A DNA stretch of 64,000 bases from Paludibacter sp. (GCA_013426815.1 JACDZH010000001.1:14934-78933); one strand, 5' to 3'; positions 9,301-19,600 are shown, counted from the stretch's first letter. Translations and numbers: made by a program. The notes: generated by a model from the sequence alone, not told the origin.

Positions 9301-12021
9301 GGTGATATTTCAATACTTATTGATAGTTATCCATTAGCAGGTTCTGATAATCTTTATAATGGTGGTGATGGACGTGGTGACATTGAAAATCAATTGGACA
9401 ATGTATATATCAATGAAACTGGTGTACCCATAGATTTATTATATGTTGGAGGTATGGGACGTGGTGATGCATCACACACTGAATTTGATTTTACATTAAG
9501 AGGTTTGGGTGTTTACTTTGGTGGCGATGGACGGGGTGATGTATTATATGGTATTGAAGATAAATTAACGAACGGAGAAGATATTTACTCAGTAGTTTAT
9601 GTGGGTGGTTTAGGACGTGGTGATATAGCCACTGGAGGAAACGATTATCCACTTAGTGGTACTGATGGAGTTTATGTAGGGGGTTCCGGTCGTGGTGATA
9701 AGTTGGATTATGTAAAAACTCTAGGTATTAATGCGGCTATTTGGTTGGGAACACTTAATAACGATTGGGCGAATGCAGGTAACTGGGGTGGAAACATATT
9801 GCCAGCTGAGGATGGTGATATAATATTTGGTTACAATCCTATAAATGATTTATACATGGATGCCGATCATTTGCTACGTAGAATTACCAATGCCAGTGCT
9901 ACACGTCGATTGGTAACCAATGGTCATATATTGAAAGTATCGAATGACTTTGTATTCACTAACGGAGCTCAAATAGATGCATCCGCAATTGGTTCTGCCA
10001 TTGAGATGGATGGTATTGTTACCCAAATAATCCCTGCCGGTTTGTTTGTTTCAAATAACGTCTATAACTTAATCATAAATAATGCGCCGAATGTAAGGTT
10101 GAGCGGTACAATCAATATTATGAATGAATTGACAACTCTTGCAGGTAAGTTAGATGTAACTACTAATTTAGCGACAGTTAATTTTGTAGGTACTTCTGCT
10201 CAAACCATTGGAGATGTGTTCTTGAATAACAGGGTTTACAACTTAACTATAGATAATCCTGCAGGTGTAACCATCAATAATTCTGCCAATACTACCTTGG
10301 TTGGAACCTTGACATTGAAAAATACGTTAACAGTATCAGGTGCAGGACGTTTAGATGCAGATTCGATTACATTAAATCCAGCAGTAATATATTCGGGTGT
10401 GACTGCTCAATCCATTGATGATGATCTTTATCTTCTCAACAGAGCGCATAATCTAATCATCAACAATACAGCAGGTGTTACCCTCAATACTGACTTTGCA
10501 GTAGATAATGTATTGACTATCAATCCAGGTAAAAAAATGACAATACCTACCGAAAAGTATATGTATGTTGATAAAACATTCACAAACAATGCAGGAATAT
10601 CCGGTTTGTTAATCAAAGCCAGTGTAGATGGGTCTGTTGCAAATGGTTCGTTGGTATTCAATAATGTTAGAAATAATCCGGTGTCAGCCACTGTAGAAAT
10701 GTACGATAAAGCATCTGGTCCGGCTGGAAATACCTTGGCAAGTAAGTTTAAATGGCAATACTTTGGTATACCGTTCAGAAGCTTAACACATGGCGGTATA
10801 TTCAATAGAGGGGATGGAAATGGTTCGTATGTACGTCGTTGGAATCATAGTGATTCGAAATGGTATTTACAGAAAGGTGATTCAATACTGACATCGTTCA
10901 CAGGTTATGAAATTGCACAACCAAATCCTAAAGTAATTACCTTTACAGGCGTGCTGGAAAATGGTAACTTTACTAAAACATTGGATTATAACGGTGTTGG
11001 AACAAATAAAGGACAGTATTTATTTGCTAATCCTTATACAGCAGCCATTGATATTACTAAACTTGAATTTACTGATGGAGTTGAAAAGTCGGTTTATTTA
11101 TTCAATACTGGCTCTACGGCTGACTGGACTGCCAATGGTGGTGTGCTTACACCAGGCAATAATCCTGGACAATATGTAGTGGCACCAAAACAAACTGCAG
11201 GTACTGGAGGAATTCCATCTCAAATACCATCAATGCAAGGCTTCTTGGTGAACGATATCGAGGATTTGGACCGTGATAGTGTTCATATATTTAGTATACC
11301 TTATTCAGCTGTGGTAACTAAAAACACAGCACCACTAAGAACTAGATCAAATGATAATGTAGCCAAATCTGATAAAGTATATAGTATTATTGATGTGAAG
11401 GGTAGTCGTTTTGGTGACCGTATGTGGTTGTTCACCGATTCTACTTGCAACCATGACTTTAACAATGGATGGGACGGACGGAAAGTATTCGGTACTGTTC
11501 TTACACCTCAGCTATATGCAGTTGAATCGGATGGTGATTATCAAATTAATGCTGTGAATGATATTAACAACACAGATTTGGCATTCCAGGCTGGTGAAGA
11601 CACAAAATATAAGCTCACATTCTCACACACCAATACTGAAACGCATTATGCAGCTATCTATTTGGTTGATATGTTAGAAAATGTTACTACTGATATTACA
11701 TTATCTGGTTCGGAATATGCATTCGAAGCTGCTTCAACTGAAAAGCCGGTGAAACGATTTAAAATTATTACCGTTTCGGCAACTGCAACTAGTACTAGTC
11801 TGACTAAGGTATTCAGTGCTGACAAAACAATTTTTGTACAGAATTTCAGTCATGTAATTGGTGATTTGTATCTATACGATATTGCAGGAAGATTTATTCA
11901 AAAATCACCATTTGGAGGAAGTGGATTAACAGCAATACCAGTGAATTTACCTGTAGGACCGTATGTAGTAAAAGCTGTTACAAAATTAGATGTAACAACT
12001 TCAAGTTTGATAATTAAATAA
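6337..12021 (+). CDS. Giant T9SS-secreted protein with 43 GGxGRGD-type repeats (1894 aa); putative adhesin or scaffold
   Basis: Signal peptide; repeat region 6409-9699; WLGTLNNDWANAGNW module; repeated VYNLxIxN beta-helix-like units; WQYFGIPF domain; T9SS-type tail (LYLYDIAGR...LPVGPYVVK...LIIK). Confidence 0.9.
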   Translation: MKRLSLYFILLAALPIGLLAQNERYYGGAGRGDKVLKINNIVLSDIASPADYIYLGGIGRGDIALTEVDNYLKSVDGVYVGGNGRGNSLELSSINFLSEGEVSVLDLICQGGFGSGDIAVTETSYALYGFQTVYKGGIGRGDKNAVINDATADGGNVYDLIYVGGIGRGDVNIADAGLSLNGVDAAYAGGNGRGDILDTQYSLAINDLGIFESVYLGGIGRGDIVRTENNFLLGGYGARFVGGNGRGDISIVSSELSIGSRSIYDILYFGGVGRGDISKTENAYSLGGIEVVYVGGNGRGDNVNTKYINSINEGNLTDIIYSGGGGRGDISVIETNYALSGVGAVYFGGNGRGDILLGLYDSTVSGNNDGIFMGGVGRGDISLTESNFSLGGLDGLFVGGNGRGDKLQGLYFISISGFNIYAGGVGRGDISRTETNYLLSGLGGRFAGGIGRGDIIIKIPNTGIGGGSIIDMLYSGGIGRGDVSIRETEYYLSGLDFVYYGGNGRGDIIEAKYTNFINEVDITDVIYSGGIGRGDNSNIETSYPLSGVGGVYFGGIGRGDNLLSIYDVSTGGGIDIIYTGGIGRGDVSQTENNYTLGGFDGLFVGGNGRGDRLETLYSAQVAVINLYAGGLGRGDISHTETNNLLSGFGGRYFGGIGRGDISITSFGSSNLELLYAGGVGRGDMGTADSNLLLAGYDAVYVGGNGRGDKLDVLAELPLGNSTIYTGGVGRGDISVTETSFSLSGVGGVYFGGIGRGDILFSIFDKLVTGDDIISNIYYGGIGRGDFGIVETSSSLSGPDALYVGGNGRGDMSQLLATIGTVNIYTGGVGRGDFNRTEIGFLLNGVGARYLGGVGRGDISVKVIQVIDPDLIYTGGIGRGDVSLVNINLLLGGPDGLFVGGNGRGDNRHQANSIPINEIPLFDIIYNGGDGRGDYNYLSHDSYLDGTYRGGDRYRGGSGRGDIISNTTHSLLDGTTNFNAIIYGGGIGRGDISILIDSYPLAGSDNLYNGGDGRGDIENQLDNVYINETGVPIDLLYVGGMGRGDASHTEFDFTLRGLGVYFGGDGRGDVLYGIEDKLTNGEDIYSVVYVGGLGRGDIATGGNDYPLSGTDGVYVGGSGRGDKLDYVKTLGINAAIWLGTLNNDWANAGNWGGNILPAEDGDIIFGYNPINDLYMDADHLLRRITNASATRRLVTNGHILKVSNDFVFTNGAQIDASAIGSAIEMDGIVTQIIPAGLFVSNNVYNLIINNAPNVRLSGTINIMNELTTLAGKLDVTTNLATVNFVGTSAQTIGDVFLNNRVYNLTIDNPAGVTINNSANTTLVGTLTLKNTLTVSGAGRLDADSITLNPAVIYSGVTAQSIDDDLYLLNRAHNLIINNTAGVTLNTDFAVDNVLTINPGKKMTIPTEKYMYVDKTFTNNAGISGLLIKASVDGSVANGSLVFNNVRNNPVSATVEMYDKASGPAGNTLASKFKWQYFGIPFRSLTHGGIFNRGDGNGSYVRRWNHSDSKWYLQKGDSILTSFTGYEIAQPNPKVITFTGVLENGNFTKTLDYNGVGTNKGQYLFANPYTAAIDITKLEFTDGVEKSVYLFNTGSTADWTANGGVLTPGNNPGQYVVAPKQTAGTGGIPSQIPSMQGFLVNDIEDLDRDSVHIFSIPYSAVVTKNTAPLRTRSNDNVAKSDKVYSIIDVKGSRFGDRMWLFTDSTCNHDFNNGWDGRKVFGTVLTPQLYAVESDGDYQINAVNDINNTDLAFQAGEDTKYKLTFSHTNTETHYAAIYLVDMLENVTTDITLSGSEYAFEAASTEKPVKRFKIITVSATATSTSLTKVFSADKTIFVQNFSHVIGDLYLYDIAGRFIQKSPFGGSGLTAIPVNLPVGPYVVKAVTKLDVTTSSLIIK
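6409..9699 (+). repeat. Intragenic repeat array: 41 GRGD plus 2 variants (GRGN, GSGD), units of 22-30 aa
   Basis: Counted from the translation; mostly 25-aa units alternate with variable 22-30-aa units. Confidence 0.92.
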
Positions 12022-12025
12022 TAAA

Positions 12026-12802
12026 ATGGGTAACATAAGTAAAATAACAATTGGACTATTTGTCTTTGTATTACTAGGGGTTTCATTAATCCTAGTGCTA
12101 CGTTATTTTCCTATGAGTACACCTGAAAACTATACCGTAAGACCTCATCTTAATTTTAAACAAGGAGCTGTTTTTAATCAAAATGTGAAATATATTTCAA
12201 TTAATAATGCCGATAAAAAACTAAAGAAAGGATTGCAATTTAACTTAAAAGTTGAAAATGAACCCATTTCACCTTCCAATAGCAAACAATTACAAGGTGT
12301 GAATTTTGGCACTAGAATTATGAATACTTCTAAGTCAAATACACAGTTTGTCGACGAAAATCCTTTTGAAACCATGCATAATCATGAAATTGGTTTATTG
12401 AGAACAAGAAGTAGTGTTGGAAGGAATGTTGTGTTATCACAATATATGGTCGGTGAAACAAGCCAACACGCCAGTTATAAGATAGAAAATAACAGGGTTA
12501 ATTCTATGCCTACAAGCTCAATGGGTACATATATTTCAAGTAATAATGCTACTAGCAATAATTCCAAAAATCAACCACAAAGTAACTATTCGTTCTCTAC
12601 TGATTTGAAATCACTTCAAACATTGCTTTTATCGAAACAAGATAATCCATCGTTTGGTCCCGATCCTGGTGGTCCAGGTGATACGGGAGATGATATGGGC
12701 GAACCTGTAGCTCCTGTTCCAGATGGTTTCTGGTTCTTAATGTTGTTGGGAGCAATGTATGCCGGACGGAAATTCTATAAATATTTTCAACTTATCAAGT
12801 GA
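12026..12802 (+). CDS. Hypothetical membrane/surface protein with a C-terminal PEP/PID-CTERM-like sorting signal
   Basis: N-terminal hydrophobic helix, S/N-rich middle, then GPDPGGPG linker, PVAPVPDG, a hydrophobic stretch and basic RKFYK; starts 4 nt after the repeat-protein stop. Confidence 0.65.
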   Translation: MGNISKITIGLFVFVLLGVSLILVLRYFPMSTPENYTVRPHLNFKQGAVFNQNVKYISINNADKKLKKGLQFNLKVENEPISPSNSKQLQGVNFGTRIMNTSKSNTQFVDENPFETMHNHEIGLLRTRSSVGRNVVLSQYMVGETSQHASYKIENNRVNSMPTSSMGTYISSNNATSNNSKNQPQSNYSFSTDLKSLQTLLLSKQDNPSFGPDPGGPGDTGDDMGEPVAPVPDGFWFLMLLGAMYAGRKFYKYFQLIK

Positions 12803-12856
12803 TAGTCTGACTTCAAGTCAGGCAAGTGATTGTCTGACTTGAAGTCAGACTATCAC
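12799..12856. repeat. Long hairpin of two REP-like palindromes (23-bp perfect arms); may also act as a terminator between convergent genes
   Basis: GTGATAGTCTGACTTCAAGTCAG (12799-12821) is the exact reverse complement of 12834-12856; a partial third copy is at 12861-12877. Confidence 0.85.
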
Positions 12857-12987
12857 TCTGTTCAAGTCAGGCTATCAATACGTTCAAATAATAAAAGCGT
12901 TTGCCGGAAATATCCCATGCAAACGCTTTTAATTCTAAACTTCAAATCCAACACAGTAGCTTTGAGTATTTATTTACTTCCTACTAC

Positions 12988-14487
12988 CTACTTATAATCT
13001 TCCCAATTGGTATCCAACATACTTCCGGTTTTCATAAATTGAGTATGCATCCCGAAACAAGCATGCAAATCGGTTGGAGTATGACAAGGACCAGACAATG
13101 CCAAATAATCAGTAAGTATTTGTTTATATTGAGGATCCACACAGTTTTCAATAATTTCTTCGGCACGTTGAATTGGAGATTTACCACGTAAATCGGCAAC
13201 GCCGTGTTCGGTAATTAGAATGTTTACCGAATGTTCATTTTGGTCAACATGCGATACCATAGGAACTATTGAACTGATAAGTCCTTTTTTTGCAGTTGAT
13301 GGAGTAGTAAATATTGATATGTATGCACTTCGTGTAAAATCTGCTGAACCACCAATACCATTCATCATTTTTGAACCTAAAACATGTGTGCTGTTTATAT
13401 TTCCAAAAATATCAGCCTCGAGTGCTGTATTAATTGTAATCAATCCCAATCGACGTGCTAGTTCAGGGCTATTGGACATTTCCTGAGGACGCAGAACAAT
13501 TTTATCGCGGAAGAACTCTAAATCTTCATATAATTTTTCTAAAACCGGAGTAGTAATGGTTAACGAACAACCACTTGCAAATTTAATTTTTCCATTACGC
13601 AATAATTCAATAACAGAATCTTGAATTACCTCAGTATACATTTCGAATACAGGAATATCAGGATTATTGCCTAAAGATGCCATCACTGCATTGGCAATAT
13701 TTCCAACACCCGATTGAATAGGTAAAAATTCTTTCGGAATTCGACCTGATTTAATTTCATTAGCCAAAAAACCGGCTACATTTTGTCCAATTTTATCAGT
13801 AACTACATCGGTAGGAGTAAATCCGCCAACTTCGTCATTCCTGTATGTTTCTACTATACACAAAATTTTAGAAGGGTCAACTTTTACATATGGAACTCCC
13901 ATTCTATCCGATGGTGTCAACAATGTCATGGGCAAGCGATGTGGTGGATCCAGAGGTTCAAAAATATCATGAAAACCACGCAATTCTTTTGGATGTTTAT
14001 GATTCCATTCCACAATTATATGATCAGCCAAATGGGCAATTGTTGGTGAAATTCCAACTCCGGTGGTCAATATCAACTCACCATCAGCCGTAATATCACA
14101 AACTTCGATGATGGCAAACTTAGGTTTTGGCATAAATCCGAAGCGTAAATGTGGAGCTATTGACGATAAGTGCATATCGAAGTATGGTGCCCGTTCACTG
14201 TTTAAAGCACCACGTAAATCCTTGTTCGATTGATATGGTGTCCGAAATAAAATAGCATTAGCTCGTGCCAAAGCTCCATCCAAAGAGTCACCAGTGGAAG
14301 CACCAGTATAAACACCGATTTTAAATTCTTTACCAACGGCATGAAAAGCTTCTGCGCGTTTTGCAATTGCAGTTGGTATTTCTTTTGGACATCCTGCAGG
14401 AGTAAATCCACTGAATCCTACGATGTCGCCATCGATTACATAGCTAGCTGCCTCCTCGGCGCTTACGAATTTATAAGTTTGTTGCAT
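12988..14487 (-). CDS. scpC: Succinate/acetyl-CoA transferase (acetyl-CoA hydrolase/transferase family, YgfH/ScpC-like)
   Basis: 499 aa; GFSGFTPAGCPK, LPIQSGVGNIANA, YTEVIQD, NTALEADIFGNINS, GIGGSADFTRSA motifs. Confidence 0.85.
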   Translation of the reverse strand: MQQTYKFVSAEEAASYVIDGDIVGFSGFTPAGCPKEIPTAIAKRAEAFHAVGKEFKIGVYTGASTGDSLDGALARANAILFRTPYQSNKDLRGALNSERAPYFDMHLSSIAPHLRFGFMPKPKFAIIEVCDITADGELILTTGVGISPTIAHLADHIIVEWNHKHPKELRGFHDIFEPLDPPHRLPMTLLTPSDRMGVPYVKVDPSKILCIVETYRNDEVGGFTPTDVVTDKIGQNVAGFLANEIKSGRIPKEFLPIQSGVGNIANAVMASLGNNPDIPVFEMYTEVIQDSVIELLRNGKIKFASGCSLTITTPVLEKLYEDLEFFRDKIVLRPQEMSNSPELARRLGLITINTALEADIFGNINSTHVLGSKMMNGIGGSADFTRSAYISIFTTPSTAKKGLISSIVPMVSHVDQNEHSVNILITEHGVADLRGKSPIQRAEEIIENCVDPQYKQILTDYLALSGPCHTPTDLHACFGMHTQFMKTGSMLDTNWEDYK

Positions 14488-14601
14488 ACTTTTTAATTTA
14501 CAATTGAGAATTTTAAACTTTACAATTGACTGTATTTGAATGTATTAATATAAAATGGGAAGAGAATATCTTTAGCAGAAGATAAGGTATTAATTCGACC
14601 G

Positions 14602-14609
14602 CAAAATTA
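14602..14609 (-). promoter_or_regulatory. Bacteroidetes sigma-ABfr-type -7 box (TAATTTTG) for the CoA-transferase gene
   Basis: Matches TAnnTTTG on the minus strand about 115 nt upstream of the ATG. Confidence 0.5.
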
Positions 14610-15034
14610 CCAATTTTATTTTGAATGACATTATAATTTAATGACTAATTACAGATAAATTTCATAAATGAAAAATCTATTGTTTTTTATATTTATGCTA
14701 CCCTAAAAATGAACTTTAAGTAAGTGTGCTAATATAATGTCGTATTTAGAACGCTAAGTCGCTAAACTTGTCCCGCAATACGGGAGTCGCAAATACGCTA
14801 AAAAATACTTGATTTACAATAATTTATATTAGTTGCGACTTTGTGTCTTTGCATCTTTGCGTTCAAAAAAATCTTTTTAAATAGTACATTATATTTTGCC
14901 AATTACTTATATCCCAATATTTGAAAAAAACTTATCCAAAAAACTGTTCATCTCAAAATAAATGTGGATATTTGCAATTGATATTTCACATTATGAAAAT
15001 TAACAAATTATCAATCATCAATTAACAAAATAAT

Positions 15035-16498
15035 ATGACATCAAACGACATTCGCCAATTGGAGCCCAAAGCACTTTGGCAAAACTTTTATTCTCTAACA
15101 CAAGTTCCACGCCCTTCGCACAAAAAAGAAGAAATTGGCGCGTTTCTCGAAAACTTTGGAAAATCACTTGGATTGGAAACTTTGCGGGACGAAATTGGTA
15201 ACGTCCTGGTTCGTAAGCCAGCAACAGATGGGATGGAAAATCGCAAATCTGTGGTTTTGCAAGCCCACATGGACATGGTTCCACAAAAAAACAGTAATGT
15301 GTCACATGATTTTCAGACCGATCCAATTAATGCCTATATCGATGGCGAATGGGTTACAGCTATGGATACTACCTTGGGTGCCGATAACGGAATTGGTTTA
15401 GCCGCCGCTATGTCAATTCTTCAATCTTCCGGAATTCCACATCCCGCCATCGAAATGTTTATTACCGTTGACGAAGAAACAGGAATGTTTGGTGCATTTG
15501 GACTTCAACCTAATTTTCTGAAAGGTGACATTCTAATTAATATGGACTCGGAAGACGAAGGTGAATTGTATGTAGGTTGTGCAGGTGGGATTGACGGCGA
15601 TATCACTTTCAAATACAAAGAAGTTGATGTTGACGATGGTGATTTAGCACTAAAAGTTTCATTGACTGGTCTTAAAGGCGGACACTCAGGTGTTGATATT
15701 CACTTACAACGTGCCAATGCCAATAAACTCATGTTCCGATTTCTGAAAGAAGCCGTTTCGGATTATGAAGCTCGATTAGCAAGTATCGATGGCGGAAGTT
15801 TACGAAATGCTATTCCACGCGAAGCTTTTGCAATTATTACAGTACCGGCAGATGGTGTGGACGATTTGGTGGAATTTGTACAAGAATGCAAAGATTTATT
15901 TATCGAAGAATACAAAGGCGTGGAAGATAAGATTTCGTTCAGTGTAGAACAAGTTGAATTACCCTCGGGTCTGATTCCCGAAGAAGTACAGGACGATTTG
16001 ATAAATGGTGTAACTGCTTGTCCGAATGGTGTTATGCGCTTTATGCAGGAATTACCAACTGTGGTAGAAACCTCAAACAATTTAGCTATCATCAAATCTG
16101 ATGGAAGTTCAATTATTTTGCGGTCGCTTATGCGGAGTTCTGTCGAATCACGCAAAGAAGAATTGGCATCGATGGTTCAAAGTGTATTTCAATTAGCCGG
16201 TGCCAAAGTCGAATTAGTCGGCGGCTATCCGGGTTGGAAACCAAATCTTGAATCACCAATCTTGCGTGAAATGACCAAAGTGTACGAAAACAAATTTGGC
16301 AAAACCCCTAAAGTTATGATTATTCACGCAGGTTTGGAATGTGGAATTTTAGGTACACATTACCCCCAAATGGATATGATTTCATTTGGTCCAACCATTC
16401 GTTTTCCACATTCGCCCGACGAAAAAGTAAATATTGCAACCGTACAAAAATTCTGGGATTTCCTATTGGCTACATTAGAAAATATACCGATAAAATAA
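15035..16498 (+). CDS. pepD: Aminoacyl-histidine dipeptidase (M20 family)
   Basis: 487 aa; VPRPSHKKE, LQAHMDMV, TLGADNGIG, TVDEETGM, NMDSED, GGHSG, IHAGLECG, HSPDE motifs. Confidence 0.95.
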   Translation: MTSNDIRQLEPKALWQNFYSLTQVPRPSHKKEEIGAFLENFGKSLGLETLRDEIGNVLVRKPATDGMENRKSVVLQAHMDMVPQKNSNVSHDFQTDPINAYIDGEWVTAMDTTLGADNGIGLAAAMSILQSSGIPHPAIEMFITVDEETGMFGAFGLQPNFLKGDILINMDSEDEGELYVGCAGGIDGDITFKYKEVDVDDGDLALKVSLTGLKGGHSGVDIHLQRANANKLMFRFLKEAVSDYEARLASIDGGSLRNAIPREAFAIITVPADGVDDLVEFVQECKDLFIEEYKGVEDKISFSVEQVELPSGLIPEEVQDDLINGVTACPNGVMRFMQELPTVVETSNNLAIIKSDGSSIILRSLMRSSVESRKEELASMVQSVFQLAGAKVELVGGYPGWKPNLESPILREMTKVYENKFGKTPKVMIIHAGLECGILGTHYPQMDMISFGPTIRFPHSPDEKVNIATVQKFWDFLLATLENIPIK

Positions 16499-16519
16499 AT
16501 CTAACATCTATCTGAAATC

Positions 16520-16578
16520 AAATAATAAACTCATTTACATATTATTATTGATGTGCTAGTGAGTTTATTATTGTTTTT
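16520..16578 (+). terminator. Probable intrinsic terminator after pepD
   Basis: AATAATAAACTCA...TGAGTTTATTATT 13-bp inverted repeat followed by a T run. Confidence 0.5.
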
Positions 16579-16625
16579 AAAGTATGATTTCTTTAAAAAA
16601 ATATTATTCAAAAACAATGCTTTAA

Positions 16626-19600
16626 ATGTCAAAACTTCTCATAAACGAATACTATCAAAATCTCGATAGAACTTTGCAATATGGTAAAAGTAGTAACGAA
16701 CAGAGTATCAGAAATCATTTCTGGCATTTACTGAACGATTATGCCCGTAAACTGAATTATGAAGTGATACCAGAAGTATCTGTTATGGGCACTAGAGGTA
16801 AAAAAGTGTACCCCGATGGAACAGTGAAAAATCTTTGGGGACTTGATATTGGTTTATGGGAAAGTAAGGACGAAAAGGATGACATTGAAGCCGAAATTGA
16901 TGCCAAAATTGTAAAAGGGTATCCACTTACAAACATACTTTTTGAAGACAGCAACCTTGCTGTTCTATTTCAGCGTGGCATAGAGGTTATGCGTGTGAAA
17001 GTGCGCGATGTCGATAGTTTCGACAAAATTCTGACCATGTTTATTGGTTTTAAAAGCGAATCTGTTTATCAGTTTGAAGAGGCGATAGAAAAATTTAAAG
17101 CAGATATTCCTATAATTGTAGAAACGCTGCGAACCAAAATTATGGAGGATAGGGCTAATAATGCCCAATTTATTGCAGAACAGAACACGTTTTTTGAATT
17201 GTGTAAAGTGGAGATAAACCCCAGCATCACATTGGATGATATTCGCGAAATGATGATACAACACATTCTGACAAGCGATATTTTCAATAAAATTTTCGAT
17301 GACCCCGATTTTCATCATCATAATACCATTGCTTCGGAATTAGAAAAGCTCACGGCTACACTTTTTACATACCCCGAACGACGTAACCTGCTCAACAGCA
17401 TTGAACATTATTACCAAGCCATCAATTCCACTGCTGCCGGAATTACCGACCACCACGAGAAACAAAAGTTCCTAAAAGTATTATACCAAAACTTTTACAA
17501 GGTATATAATCCAAAAGCTGCCGACCGATTGGGAGTTATTTATACACCAAACGAAATTGTATCATTTATGGTAAAAAGCACCAACTACCTGCTTCACAAG
17601 TATTTTGGGCGTACTTTGGCTGACCATAACGTGGAAATTCTCGACCCAGCCACTGGTACCGGAACGTTTATTTGCGAAATAATTGAAAACGCCATTCCCA
17701 AACAAAACCTCGATTACAAATTCAAAAACGAACTACATGCCAACGAAGTAGCCATATTGCCCTATTATATTGCTAATCTGAATATTGAGTACACTTTTAA
17801 GCAAAAAATGCAATATTACGCCGAGTTCCCTAACCTATGTTTTGTAGATACCATCGACAATACTGGAGGATTGGTATTTGAAGGAAAGCAACACGATTTG
17901 TTTGGATTGAGTAGTGAAAATTCAGAACGCATTAAACGTCAAAACCGCAAGAAAATATCCGTTATCATTGGCAATCCGCCTTATAACGCCAACCAACTGA
18001 ACGAAAACGAGAACAACAAAAACCGCGAATATCCTTTTATCGATAAACGCATTAAAGATACTTTCATAAAGCACAGCACGGCTCAAAAAACAAAAGTCTA
18101 TGATATGTATGCCCGATTTTACCGCTGGGCAATGGACAGGATAGAGCAAAACGGCGTATTGGCAATGATTACCAACCGAAGTTTTATTGACAGCCGTACC
18201 TTCGATGGTTTCCGAAAATGTATTCAGTCAGAATTTTCTCATTGTTATATCATTGATACACTAAGCGATGTGCGTGCAAATCCTAAAATTGCCGGAACCA
18301 CACACAATGTTTTTGGCATTCAAACTGGAGTTGCCATCATGTTTTTGATAAAAAAAGATAAACAAGCCGGAAATTGTATGATTGAATATGTAAGTATGGA
18401 CGATTACTGGCGAAAAGAAGAAAAACTTGACTGGCTGAAAAACAATCAGATAGAAAATATTCACTTCCAAACCATACACCCCGACAAAAATAACAATTGG
18501 ATTAATTTGAGTGAAGAAAATGATTGGGAAAATTTGATTCCAGTGGCTGATAAAGATGTAAAACTGGGTAGAAGTAAAAAAGCTATTTTTGAATTGTTTT
18601 TTACTGGTGTACCTACAAATAGGGATGGATGGGTTTACGACTTAAATAAAAATAACCTTATAAATAAAATGAATTTTTTCTCAGAGACATTTAATAAAAA
18701 TTTGGGGAAAAATGAATTTGATAATCGATTGAAATGGAGTCGAGATTTAAAAAACGAACTTCTCAGAGGAAATAAGTCTTCATTTAATTCAAAATATATT
18801 GTTCAAGCAGTTTATCGTCCTTTTATTAAACAGTTTCAATATACAGAAAAAATTCTTAATGATGTTTTAACACAAAATCATTATGACGTTTTTGGAAGTA
18901 ATTTAAACGAGGTGAATAAAATAATTTGTATTCCTGGAGTAGGGATTGATAGACCATATCATTGTATATCAGTAAAATATTTACCACATTTACAAATTAC
19001 ACCTAATGGTCAATGTTTACCAGCAAAACGCTATAATAAAGCAAATCAATATGTTGACAATATAACCGACTGGGGTTTAGAGCAATTTTTTACTCATTAC
19101 GATGACGAAACCATCACGAAAGAAGATATTTTTCATTACACCTACGCTGTTTTGCATAATCCGGTTTACCGCGAAAAATACAAATTGAACCTTAAACGAG
19201 AGTTTCCACGTTTGCCTTTTTATAACGATTTCAAAAAATGGGCTGCATGGGGCAAATCTTTGATGGAACTTCATATTAATTACGAAACCGCCAAACCATA
19301 CAATTTGGAAGTGCTGACATTTGAAACTAAAACCGAAGCAAAAGCAGAAGTGAAACGCCAAAAGGAAATGTTTATAGTGGTAAGCGAACCTGATGAATTG
19401 TTCATAAGAATTCCAAAAATTAAACCACGTTTAAAAGCCATTAAAAATATTGGGATTATCGAAATTGATGATTTGACATTTCTAAAAGGAGTTCCATCAA
19501 TTGCTTGGGAATATAAATTAGGTAACCGTTCAGCCATCGAATGGATTTTGGATCAATATAAAGAAAAGAAACCAACCGATCCCACTATCGCCGATCAGTT

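Noticed and set aside
6409-9699. GGTCGTGGTGAT-like DNA repeats as a CRISPR or non-coding array
   Set aside because: They vary at synonymous positions and stay in frame, so they are the coding GRGD repeat.
14745-14870. Structured RNA or riboswitch in the scpC-pepD intergenic region
   Set aside because: The CGCTAA/GTCGCAAA...TTGCGAC/CTTTGCG fragments look like a common low-complexity inverted repeat; no riboswitch consensus was recognised.
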